Shown: positions 1 to 10,009 of the stretch, piece by piece
Layout of the letters: each line of letters begins with the position of its first letter
Numbering within the stretch: the first letter of the stretch is position 1
Assembly (NCBI GenBank): GCA_964386765.1
Contig: CAYLUC010000004.1
Span: 1,799 to 65,798, forward strand
Reading direction: 5' to 3'
DNA from: an uncultured Candidatus Poseidoniales archaeon
GTDB lineage: Archaea > Thermoplasmatota > Poseidoniia > Poseidoniales > Thalassarchaeaceae
DNA: 64,000 nt
The notes under the pieces: model-generated
The model's input: only the letters and a program-made list of their open reading frames with translations
What the model was told of the DNA's origin: nothing
Databases searched by the model: none
Program-made: the position numbers and the translations under genes

Positions 1-2
1 AC

Positions 3-1007
3 GGGTGCCCGATGCTCTGGGCGGACGGTCTGACAGTAGATCCTCCAGAGGTTTCTTCGTATCAGGGTGAGTTGACCTTCACTCAGTCAGATTTGGACGA
101 ACGATACCAAGCACTCGCTCCCAAGGGAATAGTGGATCTAGTGGTGATAGGGTGCCCCCAGGCAAGTGTTGGCGAGGCACGCTCCGCGGCAGCATCGGTT
201 AGGGCTAGGATGGAGCTCGGCGAGGCAATACCCGACCAGCGCCTCTGGGTTTTCATGAGCTCGCACAATTACGATTTGATAGCCGCAGATGGAACTCTCG
301 ACATCCTGGAGGAAGCCGGCGCTCTTGTCCTCAAGGACACATGCCCCGAAGTCACACCTTACAATAGGTCAAGGTTCAACCACCTTCTGACGAACTCCCT
401 GAAGGCGGAGCATTACCTCACAAGTGGCCTAAACAGAATGCCAACCAGCGTAGCTAATATTCACGACTGCGTGTCCCATGCCTTCGACCCAGAACTGTTG
501 ACAGGGCCAAGGCCCGTACTGAATCCCAAGGAAGCCAAACCGATGGCCACTTCCAAGACCCACATTTCTGGCGAGCTACTCGTAAGTGGGGTCGGAATAC
601 CAAGTCAGGACTCGTGGGAAGTCTCTGGAAAGGCTTTGGTTACTGACGTCCCAATTACGTATCTCGGTTACGTCAACAGGGACACTGGGGTCATTGAGGA
701 ACCCGGTCACCCCCTGGATGGGACTCCCATTCAGGATACGATTCTGATTTATCCGAAGGGATCGGGTTCCACGGTCGCGCCATTTGTTCTAATGGGGCTA
801 ATCTACACTGGCAGGGGGCCCAAGGCAATCGTGAATCGCGATGTATGCCCACTGACCCTTCCAGCAGCGTCCCTGTTGAATGTCCCATACGCCCATGGAT
901 TCGATGCCGATCCAACAATCGAGGTCAACACCGGAGACGAAGTTCACATGTCTCTCGTCGACGGCAAGGTCTCTCTGACGGCATTGTCCCGTGCGAGCGA
1001 GGGTTGA
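3..1007 (+). CDS. Aconitase X, fused catalytic (DUF521-like) and swivel (DUF126-like) domains; 5'-truncated by the window edge
   Basis: Frame is open from the window start. VIGCPQAS, DTCP and TNSLKAEHY motifs of the AcnX catalytic domain are followed by the swivel domain (ITYLGYVNRDTGVI, GHPLDG, PKGSGSTV, GPKAIV). Confidence 0.85.
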   Translation, partial: GCPMLWADGLTVDPPEVSSYQGELTFTQSDLDERYQALAPKGIVDLVVIGCPQASVGEARSAAASVRARMELGEAIPDQRLWVFMSSHNYDLIAADGTLDILEEAGALVLKDTCPEVTPYNRSRFNHLLTNSLKAEHYLTSGLNRMPTSVANIHDCVSHAFDPELLTGPRPVLNPKEAKPMATSKTHISGELLVSGVGIPSQDSWEVSGKALVTDVPITYLGYVNRDTGVIEEPGHPLDGTPIQDTILIYPKGSGSTVAPFVLMGLIYTGRGPKAIVNRDVCPLTLPAASLLNVPYAHGFDADPTIEVNTGDEVHMSLVDGKVSLTALSRASEG

Positions 1008-1031
1008 TGACGAAAACGCCCAGCGCAACCC

Positions 1032-3167
1032 ATGGCAAAGCGGCCCGACCCGGATCCTTGCCGGCCACAGGATTTGGGGCTTTTCGAGATTGTGAGCAGG
1101 GACGGCGCAGCCAGAATCGGAAAATTTCACACCAATCACGGTACTCTCACTACCCCTATGCTGTTACCAGTAGTCAACCCCAACTTGAGGACAATAGAAC
1201 CTCGAGAGATGTGGGAGAGATATGGGGTAGACGCCCTGATTACGAACTCATATGTCATTTGGAAGCATGAGAAGCTAAGGTCGCCAGCTTTAGAGAAAGG
1301 AATACACGAACTTCTCGATTTCCCCGGCATCGTAGTAACCGATTCCGGGACGTTCCAGTCGTATGTCTATGGGGATGTCGAAGTCGGGGTCCAGGAGATA
1401 GTGTCATTCCAGAGGGAAATCGGCGTCGATATCGGAACAATGCTAGATGTGTTCGGCCGTCCGGATATGAGCAGGGAAGAGCTAGAGAATGCAGTTTCGG
1501 AGACCTCCCTCAGGGCATCGCCCTCGTTGGACGAGGCGGGCGAACGACTCTTACTCAATGGCCCAATTCAAGGTGGCCTGCACCATGATCTACGTGCTGA
1601 GGCAGGGGGTCTGATGGGCCTCGCTGAGTCAGTTCACAGGGGCTTCGCAGTACATCCAATTGGGGGCATAGTCCCCCTGATGGAGAAGCAGCGATACCGT
1701 GAGCTATTCGGAATTTTACTGGCCTCGAGGTCCACCATACCACGCAATCGCCCGATTCACATGTTCGGATGCGGACACCCCTTGTTGTTCCCACTTTCAA
1801 TCGCGCTGGGGGTGGATCTCTTCGATAGTGCAGCTTACGCCTTGTTTGCTCGGGATGATAGGCTTCTGACCCCTGAAGGAACTGTAAAATTGGAGGGGTT
1901 GCAAGAGTGGCCAACCAACTCATCCGCCCTGTTCGGGAAAACCCCTGCACAGGTCAGAGATATGGAAAGGGACGACAGAACAGTTCTCCTGTCCCATCAC
2001 AATTTGGAAGTAACTCAAGCAGAACTCGCTAGGTGTCGAGAGGCAGTGAGGAATGGCACAATATGGGAGCTCGCAGAAAAAAGAAGCCACTCCTCACCTA
2101 GGCTACGTGAGGCGTTTCTTTGGGTAATTGATGAATTGGAAGAGTTGGAGGATAATGAGGCAGGGAACACGCTCCTCGACTTGATGGCATCTACGAATCC
2201 AGTGAGAAGTGGCGGGGAGCCTATTTCCGATGACATCGACTCAAGGCCACACATACTTCACATGATGGCCCTTATTTCCCTAAGGTGGAGATTACCTGGC
2301 TCTTGGTGGGACGGGTCAAGTGGCCCCCCTGAAAGGGTGGTGGTCCTGGAGGGCACTCCGCCGCCATGGAGAAACACGTGCCTTCACACAGCCATAGCGG
2401 CCCTAATTGAAGTTCCAAAATCGATAGTCGTAATATCTACTCCCGTGGGGGCAATCCCATTCTCCTTCGAGGACGTCTCCCCATTCTGTCACATCGATGG
2501 GCCTGAGGCAATTTGGCTAGACTCTACGGATGATGAGCAGTTGAGGGAGGACTTGGACACACTAGGATTGGGGGGCATCCCCTACGTCCTCCCCACCTCG
2601 GGGGAAATCCCGGAGAACCCCCCTGAGGGGGCGCAAGATGTCAGATTGTGGATGGACAGGTGTTCGGTGGTGGACAAGCTCTCGGTTCTTTGTGCGGTGA
2701 ATCCGGGCGATCTATGTGCGATGACGGAAAATATGGAATCACGAAAATCCAAGACTGACAGAATCATCAATGTCAGTGTTGATGGCGAGCATCTCTTTTC
2801 TCCAAGGCTGACTGACGGGGGGATTTCACTAGCCATAGGGGGAGCTAGAAAGTTGCATTCATTTAACCCCGAACCACCACATAGATTCGACTCGCCTGAA
2901 ACCATCCCTGAGGAAGACCACCCCGGAATCCCCAGGGTGCTACTTTCACAGGACGCCACGCCTTTTGTTGGGAAGGGGAGGAATGTAATGCACGGTTACA
3001 TTGAGGGGGCAGATCCGCACATAACCCCGGGACTGCCCTGCGTCGTCGTCTCATCAGCGGGGGGCCTCATCGCTCACGGAGTCGCACAGGCCACTTCCTT
3101 GGAGATGTCTCTATTCACAAAGGGCATAGCGGTAAAAATCAGGGACGGCGCCCTCAAGGAAGACTGA
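1032..3167 (+). CDS. tgtA: Archaeosine tRNA-guanine(15) transglycosylase with C-terminal PUA domain
   Basis: DGAARIG, ITNSY, TDSGTFQ, PIQGG, IGGIVPLME, HMFGCGHP and DLFDSAAY motifs; PUA-like C-terminus (PFVGKGRNV...GIAVKIR). Confidence 0.95.
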   Translation: MAKRPDPDPCRPQDLGLFEIVSRDGAARIGKFHTNHGTLTTPMLLPVVNPNLRTIEPREMWERYGVDALITNSYVIWKHEKLRSPALEKGIHELLDFPGIVVTDSGTFQSYVYGDVEVGVQEIVSFQREIGVDIGTMLDVFGRPDMSREELENAVSETSLRASPSLDEAGERLLLNGPIQGGLHHDLRAEAGGLMGLAESVHRGFAVHPIGGIVPLMEKQRYRELFGILLASRSTIPRNRPIHMFGCGHPLLFPLSIALGVDLFDSAAYALFARDDRLLTPEGTVKLEGLQEWPTNSSALFGKTPAQVRDMERDDRTVLLSHHNLEVTQAELARCREAVRNGTIWELAEKRSHSSPRLREAFLWVIDELEELEDNEAGNTLLDLMASTNPVRSGGEPISDDIDSRPHILHMMALISLRWRLPGSWWDGSSGPPERVVVLEGTPPPWRNTCLHTAIAALIEVPKSIVVISTPVGAIPFSFEDVSPFCHIDGPEAIWLDSTDDEQLREDLDTLGLGGIPYVLPTSGEIPENPPEGAQDVRLWMDRCSVVDKLSVLCAVNPGDLCAMTENMESRKSKTDRIINVSVDGEHLFSPRLTDGGISLAIGGARKLHSFNPEPPHRFDSPETIPEEDHPGIPRVLLSQDATPFVGKGRNVMHGYIEGADPHITPGLPCVVVSSAGGLIAHGVAQATSLEMSLFTKGIAVKIRDGALKED

Positions 3168-3236
3168 CCCAATTTCAGGCCATGAACTTGGAACTATTCG
3201 GGGATTAGTTCAAGAGACGTACCATAGAGCGGGTAA

Positions 3237-3256
3237 CGACTCCCTTTAGGGAGTCG
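3237..3256 (+). promoter_or_regulatory. Perfect inverted repeat or hairpin abutting the start codon of the ABC operon
   Basis: CGACTCCCT-TT-AGGGAGTCG ends immediately before the GTG at 3257 and contains an SD-like GGGAG in its 3' arm. Confidence 0.45.
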
Positions 3257-4258
3257 GTGGCGACAATGTCTCTTGAATCAACATCTCAGCCGCTGATAGT
3301 GGCGAGCTCCCTGCGCAAGATGTACGGCCCACACCTCGCCCTCGATGATGTAAACCTCACTATTCCTCACGGTGCCACTGGTATTCTGGGTCCGAATGGG
3401 GCTGGCAAATCCACGCTATTCAAATGCATTCTTGGCCTAATAAGGGCAACTTCCGGAGAGGGGAAGGTCCTCAATTTCGATATGAGGACAGAGGGGCATC
3501 TAATCCGTTCGAAAATTGGGTACATGCCAGAGTACGACTCGTTGGACCCCGGATTGAACGCAATCGACCAAGTTCGATACTCTGGGGAATTATTGGGCAT
3601 GAATAGCTCGTCAGCTACCCAGAGGGCGCATGAGGTTCTAGAGTATGTCGGATTGAAAGACCAGAGATACAGGAAGATTGAGACATTCAGCACAGGAATG
3701 AAGCAGGCCACAAAATTGGCATGTGCGCTAGTCCACGACCCCGAAATACTGATTTGCGATGAGCCAACGAACGGCCTAGATCAAAGAGCCAGGAAGTTCA
3801 TGCTCCAGACACTCAGAAAAACCGTGACGGAGGGAGGGCGTTCTGTAATCATGAGCAGCCATGTTATGGACGACGTCCAGGAGGTTTGTGACAGAATCGT
3901 AATGATTCACAAAGGGAGGATCGTCGTCCAGAGAAACATCGATGAATTGGTTAGCCAGGTCGAGGAGGAAATCGAAATCTCAGTCTGGGGAGGGGCTTCT
4001 GAAATGGAATCGCAACTCGATTCAATGGGAATGTCTGTGCGAAGACTTGGAAGAAATATGAGAGTCTCAAAGGAGAGCGATGAAACATACTCCCGGATTA
4101 TGGAAGCAGCTTCCGCCTGTGGCGTACAGGTAAGGAAGATGACCGACTACGAGCCCGATTTGGAGGACATCTTCCTCCTCATTATGGATAAGCTCGGTGA
4201 AGGGGTGAAGGGCACTGACGACCTCATGACGGATGACCATATGGGGGTCTCATCTTGA
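3257..4258 (+). CDS. ABC-2-type transporter ATP-binding protein
   Basis: Walker A GPNGAGKST, signature FSTGMKQ, Walker B LICDEPTNGLD, H-loop SSH. Confidence 0.93.
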   Translation: MATMSLESTSQPLIVASSLRKMYGPHLALDDVNLTIPHGATGILGPNGAGKSTLFKCILGLIRATSGEGKVLNFDMRTEGHLIRSKIGYMPEYDSLDPGLNAIDQVRYSGELLGMNSSSATQRAHEVLEYVGLKDQRYRKIETFSTGMKQATKLACALVHDPEILICDEPTNGLDQRARKFMLQTLRKTVTEGGRSVIMSSHVMDDVQEVCDRIVMIHKGRIVVQRNIDELVSQVEEEIEISVWGGASEMESQLDSMGMSVRRLGRNMRVSKESDETYSRIMEAASACGVQVRKMTDYEPDLEDIFLLIMDKLGEGVKGTDDLMTDDHMGVSS

Positions 4259-5268
4259 GTGAAGATTTGGACATCTCTGGTGGCATCACCCGGATGGAAT
4301 CAGCATTCGGTTCGGGAGATGGCGATCAGGACGCGAAGGCCACAGTTGCTCAGAACGCAGAAATTAAGGGGGCTATTTTCGAACAGTCTTACCGGCCATG
4401 GAGGGGCCCCCTGGGTCCTCGATGGGTACGAAATTACTCTATCTTCAGACACCATGTGTATGGTCTATTCTCATCCAAGGGGCACCGAAACTACCCAGTC
4501 ATGGTCAGATTGACTATCTTGGGAATTTTCCTTTTCTCACTTTCTCCGGTCGCCATGCTTTTCCTGGCCTCAATGGGGGGGAGCGGGGAATTAGGCGATA
4601 TCCTGTCTAGGATGTGGGGGATTAATCGTTACAACCTGTGGGGGCAGGTCCTGGGTTTCTTCCCCCGGAACATGTGTATGTGGCCACTACTCACTGCATT
4701 AGTCGTCGGAGGGATGATTTCAGATGACAGGAGCAATGGCACCAGTGCAATTTACTTCTCCAGACCAGTCACCAGGATAGACTACACTGCCATGAAGTTC
4801 GTTAGTTCCGCAGTGGTTCTTGGATTCGTGATAGTATTCTCCTATCTTCTCTACTACACCAGTGCAATAGTGTTCAGGGGAGAGGGATGGGCATTTCTTA
4901 TCGACACATTCCCAATGTTCCTAGGTGGGCTATTAGCAGGAATCCTACTCGTCATAACCTACACATCAATAGGTCTAGCCCTGTCCAGCATTAGCCAAAG
5001 CAGATTTTTCGCCGGTGTCGCATTCCTAGCTACAATATACGGAACAAAAATGGTCGCATTCCTAATTGAATCACAGTTCGACTCCTCCATATTGTACATA
5101 TTTAGCCCGTATGATGTGTTGGCACACATCGGCCAATGGCTCATAGGGATAGAATCGAATTATGATCACTCCCTTTCCTTCTCGGTTGTCTCGCTTCTCC
5201 TGATGAATGGAATCTCAATTACATTGCTTGCTAGTAGGGTAAGCTCTCTGGAGGTGACCAGGGAATGA
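4255..5268 (+). CDS. ABC-2-type transporter permease
   Basis: About 6 TM segments and the ISDDRSNGT..IYFSRPVTR.DY...K motif; overlaps both flanking ATPase genes. Confidence 0.88.
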   Translation: MSEDLDISGGITRMESAFGSGDGDQDAKATVAQNAEIKGAIFEQSYRPWRGPLGPRWVRNYSIFRHHVYGLFSSKGHRNYPVMVRLTILGIFLFSLSPVAMLFLASMGGSGELGDILSRMWGINRYNLWGQVLGFFPRNMCMWPLLTALVVGGMISDDRSNGTSAIYFSRPVTRIDYTAMKFVSSAVVLGFVIVFSYLLYYTSAIVFRGEGWAFLIDTFPMFLGGLLAGILLVITYTSIGLALSSISQSRFFAGVAFLATIYGTKMVAFLIESQFDSSILYIFSPYDVLAHIGQWLIGIESNYDHSLSFSVVSLLLMNGISITLLASRVSSLEVTRE

Positions 5269-6200
5269 GTACGGAGACGCCGGCAGTGATACTTGAGTCA
5301 GTATCGAAATGGTATGGCGAAGTTATTGGGGTGAATGACATATCTCTGGCTATTGATGGGGGAGTCACAGGAGTTCTCGGGCCAAACGGCGCTGGGAAAT
5401 CCACCATGTTCAAGCTTCTACTGGGGCGACTAAAGCCGAGCCAGGGGGAGGTCAAGCTTTTCGGTACCGACCCATGGAAGAGCACGGCCCCCTTCAGGAG
5501 GGTCGGCTATGTCAGCGAAACCGAGCCACTCTACGAGTGGATGACTGGACTGGACTTTGTTTCCACTATGGCCAGACTACACGGAATGACAAGGGAGGAG
5601 GCAATAAACCGTGCCGAGCACGTCCTCGAGTTCGTCGGCCTTTCCGACGTTCGCCACAAGGAGGTAGGCAAGTACAGCAAGGGGATGAGGCAGAGGGTGA
5701 AAATAGCGCACGCACTCGTCCATGACCCAGATTTGATAATCCTCGATGAGCCGCTTCATGGGTGCGACCCTCTGGCCAGAACCAGCATTATGAGTGTAAT
5801 CAGGGAGCTTGGAAACCGGGGAAAAACCGTCATCGTCTCTAGCCACATTCTAGAGGAGATCGAGAGAATAACCGAGCAAATCGTCATCCTCCATAATGGG
5901 AGGCTGCTGGCTCTGGGTAACCTCCATGCAATCAGGGGGCTCCTTGACAAGCACCCTCACAGGATTCTAATTGAAACGGAGTCGCCAAGGGAACTGGCAG
6001 AGGCATTCATATCCCGAGAGCCAGTTTATGGGGTGAGGTTCCCCAACCCCGGATTCCTGGAGATTCAGACCAGCGACTTATCTGCCGCCCACTCAATATT
6101 GCCACAGGTGATAGTGGATTCTGGAATCAAGGTCCGTTCGGTGGAGAACCCAGATGATAACCTGGATTCCTTGCTAGGATATCTGGTAGGGGGTGACTAG
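5265..6200 (+). CDS. ABC-2-type transporter ATP-binding protein
   Basis: GPNGAGKST, YSKGMRQR, LDEPLHGCDP and SSH motifs. Confidence 0.93.
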   Translation: MSTETPAVILESVSKWYGEVIGVNDISLAIDGGVTGVLGPNGAGKSTMFKLLLGRLKPSQGEVKLFGTDPWKSTAPFRRVGYVSETEPLYEWMTGLDFVSTMARLHGMTREEAINRAEHVLEFVGLSDVRHKEVGKYSKGMRQRVKIAHALVHDPDLIILDEPLHGCDPLARTSIMSVIRELGNRGKTVIVSSHILEEIERITEQIVILHNGRLLALGNLHAIRGLLDKHPHRILIETESPRELAEAFISREPVYGVRFPNPGFLEIQTSDLSAAHSILPQVIVDSGIKVRSVENPDDNLDSLLGYLVGGD

Positions 6201-7847
6201 TTGGATTCTCAAGGAAGGGGCCTAAGTGAAAGCGTCTGGACAAGCCTCGACAGAAAGGCCGGGGCAGTGGTGGAGTTAACTGTCCGACAACTCAAGAACA
6301 AGGTTTCCACATGGGCTGTACTTGGTCTCGGGACGCTTCTAATGGTCCTACTACTGGTTTTCTATATCGATTCAGTGCGGGATGGTTTCGAGTCAATCGA
6401 CAATGATGGCGACAGTGTCGATATGGACAATGATGGATACCCGATGGGCCAAGAAAGGAAGTACGGAACCAGCGACTGGGACGGCGAATCATTCCCGGGG
6501 TCAGGAAATTTCATCTGGGAGGGGCAAATAGACTGGAATGACCCTGAACGAACGGTCAGTGGAAACAAGACATGGGAAGGACAGGCAATCCTGGACGCTA
6601 CTTGGATAGACTATGATTACACCGGGGGGATGTGGAGCAACATCATCGATTGGGAAACTTACGAATCAAACGATTGCGACGAAGGAACACCATTCGAAGA
6701 CTGGTGGCTCCCCTACGCATCTTCGTGTTTGCAGGAAGACGGGACATATGCCTTCAATGGCAGAGTGAGGGCATCGGGCCAACTGTATGTTCCAGAGGGA
6801 TCTTACCTTTCATGGGGAATATTCACCGAAGTTTTCTATGTGGAACCAGACCCCCCTGAGATGTACATAGACGAGGACGGAATCGACTGGATAGAAGGGG
6901 ATTCTGGCAGTCAGGGATTTGATGACGACGGGGACTGCCTCAGGATAGGATGGATAACGGGGGAAGACTTCTCCGAATACCACGAACCAGATGCGAATCG
7001 CAATGGGATACCTTGTGATGTTGTCTGGGTCGTGGACCCGGTAACGGGGGAGGTTACTTACATCGATCCCGATGACTATGTCGATGAGGACCCAGTGGAC
7101 GAGGAGTATGCTGGCGAGTCATCACACAGGGCATTCGTAATAGCCTCGGGGAAGATAGCCTTCGTCCTGCTATTGGGCCTCTTCCTGCCACTATTCTTGG
7201 CCCTTGGTCTGGTGAGGGATGAGACTGAAAGGGGCACCTTGCATTACCTGCTTTCAAAGCCGATACATCGAGGAGAGTTCATTTTCTACAGAGTTCTTGG
7301 TTACATGGCAGTTGTTTCGTCGTTCGTCATCGCCCTCGCATTGATCATGGCACTGGTAACTTCTCTTATTGGCCCGGGTGATGAACTGATCAGGTTCGGC
7401 GACTTCCCAGTTTGGATGGGAATAGCAGCGGCAACAATTCTGGTACTTGCCGCATACGGGTCATTATTCAACACGATTGGTTTGATAATGCCGAAGTATG
7501 GGGTGTACCTCTGTATCATCATAGGGGTTTGGGAGTTTGCGATGGGTTTCACCAGTCTCTTCGCTCCAGAATCCCCCGTCACATCCCTGTCTATTTCACA
7601 CTGGGGGCTACAGGTAGTTGACGCCACAGTTCTAGCTGCATGGCCTGACACCTTGCAGTACTCTCAGATGTCGGAGGCCTTCGGTATTGATACGGGACTG
7701 CAGTGGATTTGGAAACCACCTGTGCACACCCTCGGGACGGGAAATCCGTACATTTCTATTGTGACCTCCATAACATTCCTAGCAATTATTTCTGGAGTTC
7801 TAATTTCAATGGGGAGCGCCATCTTCCGTAGGAAGGAGATAATGTGA
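6201..7847 (+). CDS. ABC-2-type permease with a large acidic extracellular insert
   Basis: TTG start; one TM, then about 250 aa of D/E/G/W-rich sequence with DxDxDG motifs, then RDETERGTLHYLLSKPIHR and 5 more TMs. Confidence 0.85.
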   Translation: MDSQGRGLSESVWTSLDRKAGAVVELTVRQLKNKVSTWAVLGLGTLLMVLLLVFYIDSVRDGFESIDNDGDSVDMDNDGYPMGQERKYGTSDWDGESFPGSGNFIWEGQIDWNDPERTVSGNKTWEGQAILDATWIDYDYTGGMWSNIIDWETYESNDCDEGTPFEDWWLPYASSCLQEDGTYAFNGRVRASGQLYVPEGSYLSWGIFTEVFYVEPDPPEMYIDEDGIDWIEGDSGSQGFDDDGDCLRIGWITGEDFSEYHEPDANRNGIPCDVVWVVDPVTGEVTYIDPDDYVDEDPVDEEYAGESSHRAFVIASGKIAFVLLLGLFLPLFLALGLVRDETERGTLHYLLSKPIHRGEFIFYRVLGYMAVVSSFVIALALIMALVTSLIGPGDELIRFGDFPVWMGIAAATILVLAAYGSLFNTIGLIMPKYGVYLCIIIGVWEFAMGFTSLFAPESPVTSLSISHWGLQVVDATVLAAWPDTLQYSQMSEAFGIDTGLQWIWKPPVHTLGTGNPYISIVTSITFLAIISGVLISMGSAIFRRKEIM

Positions 7848-7856
7848 GGTATTGAG

Positions 7857-9053
7857 ATGGAGTCCATCAATCAGAATTTCAAGGGGGACTTCTCGTCCCT
7901 ATGGAGATTGGATGTAATGCCTCCGATCAGGAGGCTGTCCTGGTGGTGGTGGTGGGCCCTGATATTGATTCCAGATCCAGATAACCCATCTAGGTCTAAG
8001 CAACTTATGGTATTGTGGTCGACCAAGGACACACCGGCAATCAGGGTTAGCGGCCATTGGTGGAAGCCCGGAAAGAAGATGATGGTCGATGAAGAAGGGG
8101 GCCAGGTGTTGCCGGGAATGGTGTGTGCGTGGTGGTATGACGGAGAGGAGATGTACGAGCCACTAGTTATGCGTGAGTGCAGGATGGCGAGCATTCCAGA
8201 TACTCACTCCCTATGGCCGGGAGGGGGAGAGGGGAAAGGAGCAGGCGCAGTAGTCCCACTTACCTCAGAGGACATGTCCCTGGGGATGACTCCCGGAAAC
8301 GAGTCATTCTGGATCAATCTGACCAGTGACCAGGAAGCACGCTCCAAGGGGGCGCCAAAGTCATTCGAAGCTGAATTGACCCCCTGGTGGGGCCCACCCA
8401 GTGAACTAACGTATAGGAACAACGTTTACTTCCTTGGGATGGGCTATGACATTCTCAGGCTGCAGGCCACGAAGTGCAAACTCACGGTCGATGGAGAGGA
8501 AATGGAAGGGACCGGATATTTCCAGAAAGTCACAGTCCAGGCCCCGTCCTTCCCATGGTTCTGGGGTATGCTACACTTCGATGATGGCTCATACCTAGAT
8601 TGGTTCATGCCTCACTTTTCCCCCATGTGGACAGCGACGGACGACACCCCATGGAGGCTCCGTGATTTCTTTAGGAAGCCAAACATAGGGACCGGGGTCT
8701 TCCATGATAGGAAGGGTGGCAAAACCCACAACTTCGACAACTGCAAAGTAAAACTGTCGATGCCAACAGAGGAGGATTCATTGAGGGACAATGACGGCAA
8801 TGTCCTACCTCGATTCAATGTGAGGGTCTGGAACGAGGATGCGAGTGCTACTATCCAAGTCAGGGCCGTGAACAGGGCGAAGTGGATTTTCGATCAGCCA
8901 ACAAGGGCATCGTGGGTGAGCCATCTGACTTACAATGAATATCCCCTCGAGGTCGAATCGATCGTTTTCGAGGAAGGATCCGAAGTCAGGTCAATGGAAG
9001 ATTACCAGTGGATTCATGGAAACGCCGAACATGCATGGGGAGTACTACACTAG
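7857..9053 (+). CDS. Trp-rich hypothetical protein, possibly tocopherol-cyclase/AttH/CrtC-like double beta-barrel
   Basis: 398-aa ORF with an SD-like GAGGT. WWWW near the N-terminus, GTGYFQKV..PWFWG..F.DG and a terminal GNAEHAWG resemble that fold. Confidence 0.55.
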   Translation: MESINQNFKGDFSSLWRLDVMPPIRRLSWWWWWALILIPDPDNPSRSKQLMVLWSTKDTPAIRVSGHWWKPGKKMMVDEEGGQVLPGMVCAWWYDGEEMYEPLVMRECRMASIPDTHSLWPGGGEGKGAGAVVPLTSEDMSLGMTPGNESFWINLTSDQEARSKGAPKSFEAELTPWWGPPSELTYRNNVYFLGMGYDILRLQATKCKLTVDGEEMEGTGYFQKVTVQAPSFPWFWGMLHFDDGSYLDWFMPHFSPMWTATDDTPWRLRDFFRKPNIGTGVFHDRKGGKTHNFDNCKVKLSMPTEEDSLRDNDGNVLPRFNVRVWNEDASATIQVRAVNRAKWIFDQPTRASWVSHLTYNEYPLEVESIVFEEGSEVRSMEDYQWIHGNAEHAWGVLH

Positions 9054-9063
9054 AGGTGATATA

Positions 9064-9957
9064 ATGAGTGATTTCGTGAATAAATACAGACAAAATGTGG
9101 ATGAAGAAGAAGTCCGTTCTAGATTCAGCGAGATTACCGATTCGGAGACCCCAATATGGTCTGGAAGCCCATCTGCCATGTCTATGCTTGGCAGATATCT
9201 TCTGGCAGCATTGGTCCTACTTGTCCACTTGGTGTTCTTCTGGGCAGCAAAGTTTGAGGATGTGGATGGGGAGGGGAATCTGAATCTTGTAGTGGGCCTG
9301 GCCAAGGTTATCTTGGACATCTCTGGGGTCTTCGGCTTCGTCATAGTGATGATGATAATAGCCAAGATTAATCACTATCTGAACGTTTCAACTTCCGGAG
9401 GTTGGACGACCTCATGGCTGGTTCTCAATGGCTCCGTCCCATTCATTATTGTGATACTTGACTGGTCCGGCAAGATACTCGGTAATTTCTTCGAAAACGT
9501 CCCAGACACCCCGATGTGGCTTGACTGGTATTACCCACTACTGGGAATCCTGTCATCTTCGTTCGCCATAGGGATGACTACACACTATCGCAACTCTTTC
9601 CAATATGCCATCACGGATAGAAGGGTCCACATCAGGAAGAAGTTCCTTTATTTCGACACAAGTTCTGTTGGGATTCCCTTCGACAAGGTGGAGAACCTGA
9701 AAGTAGATCCGCCCATAATTGGAAAGATGCTGGGTTTTGGTAGTTTGCACGTCATTACAGACGGCGGAGTGAGCGATGACCAAATGCAAACCGCCATGGA
9801 AGAAGCGCCTGCTAGAGGGGCGTTCGGATTTCTAACTGGATGGTTTTCTGCCCAAAGGAAGGCGGATTTTCCCGACGACCCAAGTTCATGCCTTTATGCA
9901 ATCAATGAGCCAATGGAGGTCTACAGACTAATCAACGAGCTAATGGACGATAGATAG
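9064..9957 (+). CDS. Membrane protein with a bacterial PH (bPH_2) domain
   Basis: SD GAGGTGAT before ATG 9064; 4 TMs followed by YAITDRRV...IPFDKVENL...GKMLGFGSL. Confidence 0.8.
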   Translation: MSDFVNKYRQNVDEEEVRSRFSEITDSETPIWSGSPSAMSMLGRYLLAALVLLVHLVFFWAAKFEDVDGEGNLNLVVGLAKVILDISGVFGFVIVMMIIAKINHYLNVSTSGGWTTSWLVLNGSVPFIIVILDWSGKILGNFFENVPDTPMWLDWYYPLLGILSSSFAIGMTTHYRNSFQYAITDRRVHIRKKFLYFDTSSVGIPFDKVENLKVDPPIIGKMLGFGSLHVITDGGVSDDQMQTAMEEAPARGAFGFLTGWFSAQRKADFPDDPSSCLYAINEPMEVYRLINELMDDR

Positions 9958-10009
9958 CCCCCATCCGCACCGTTCATAACCCAATTACTTCCGATACACT
10001 CCCAGAGGG

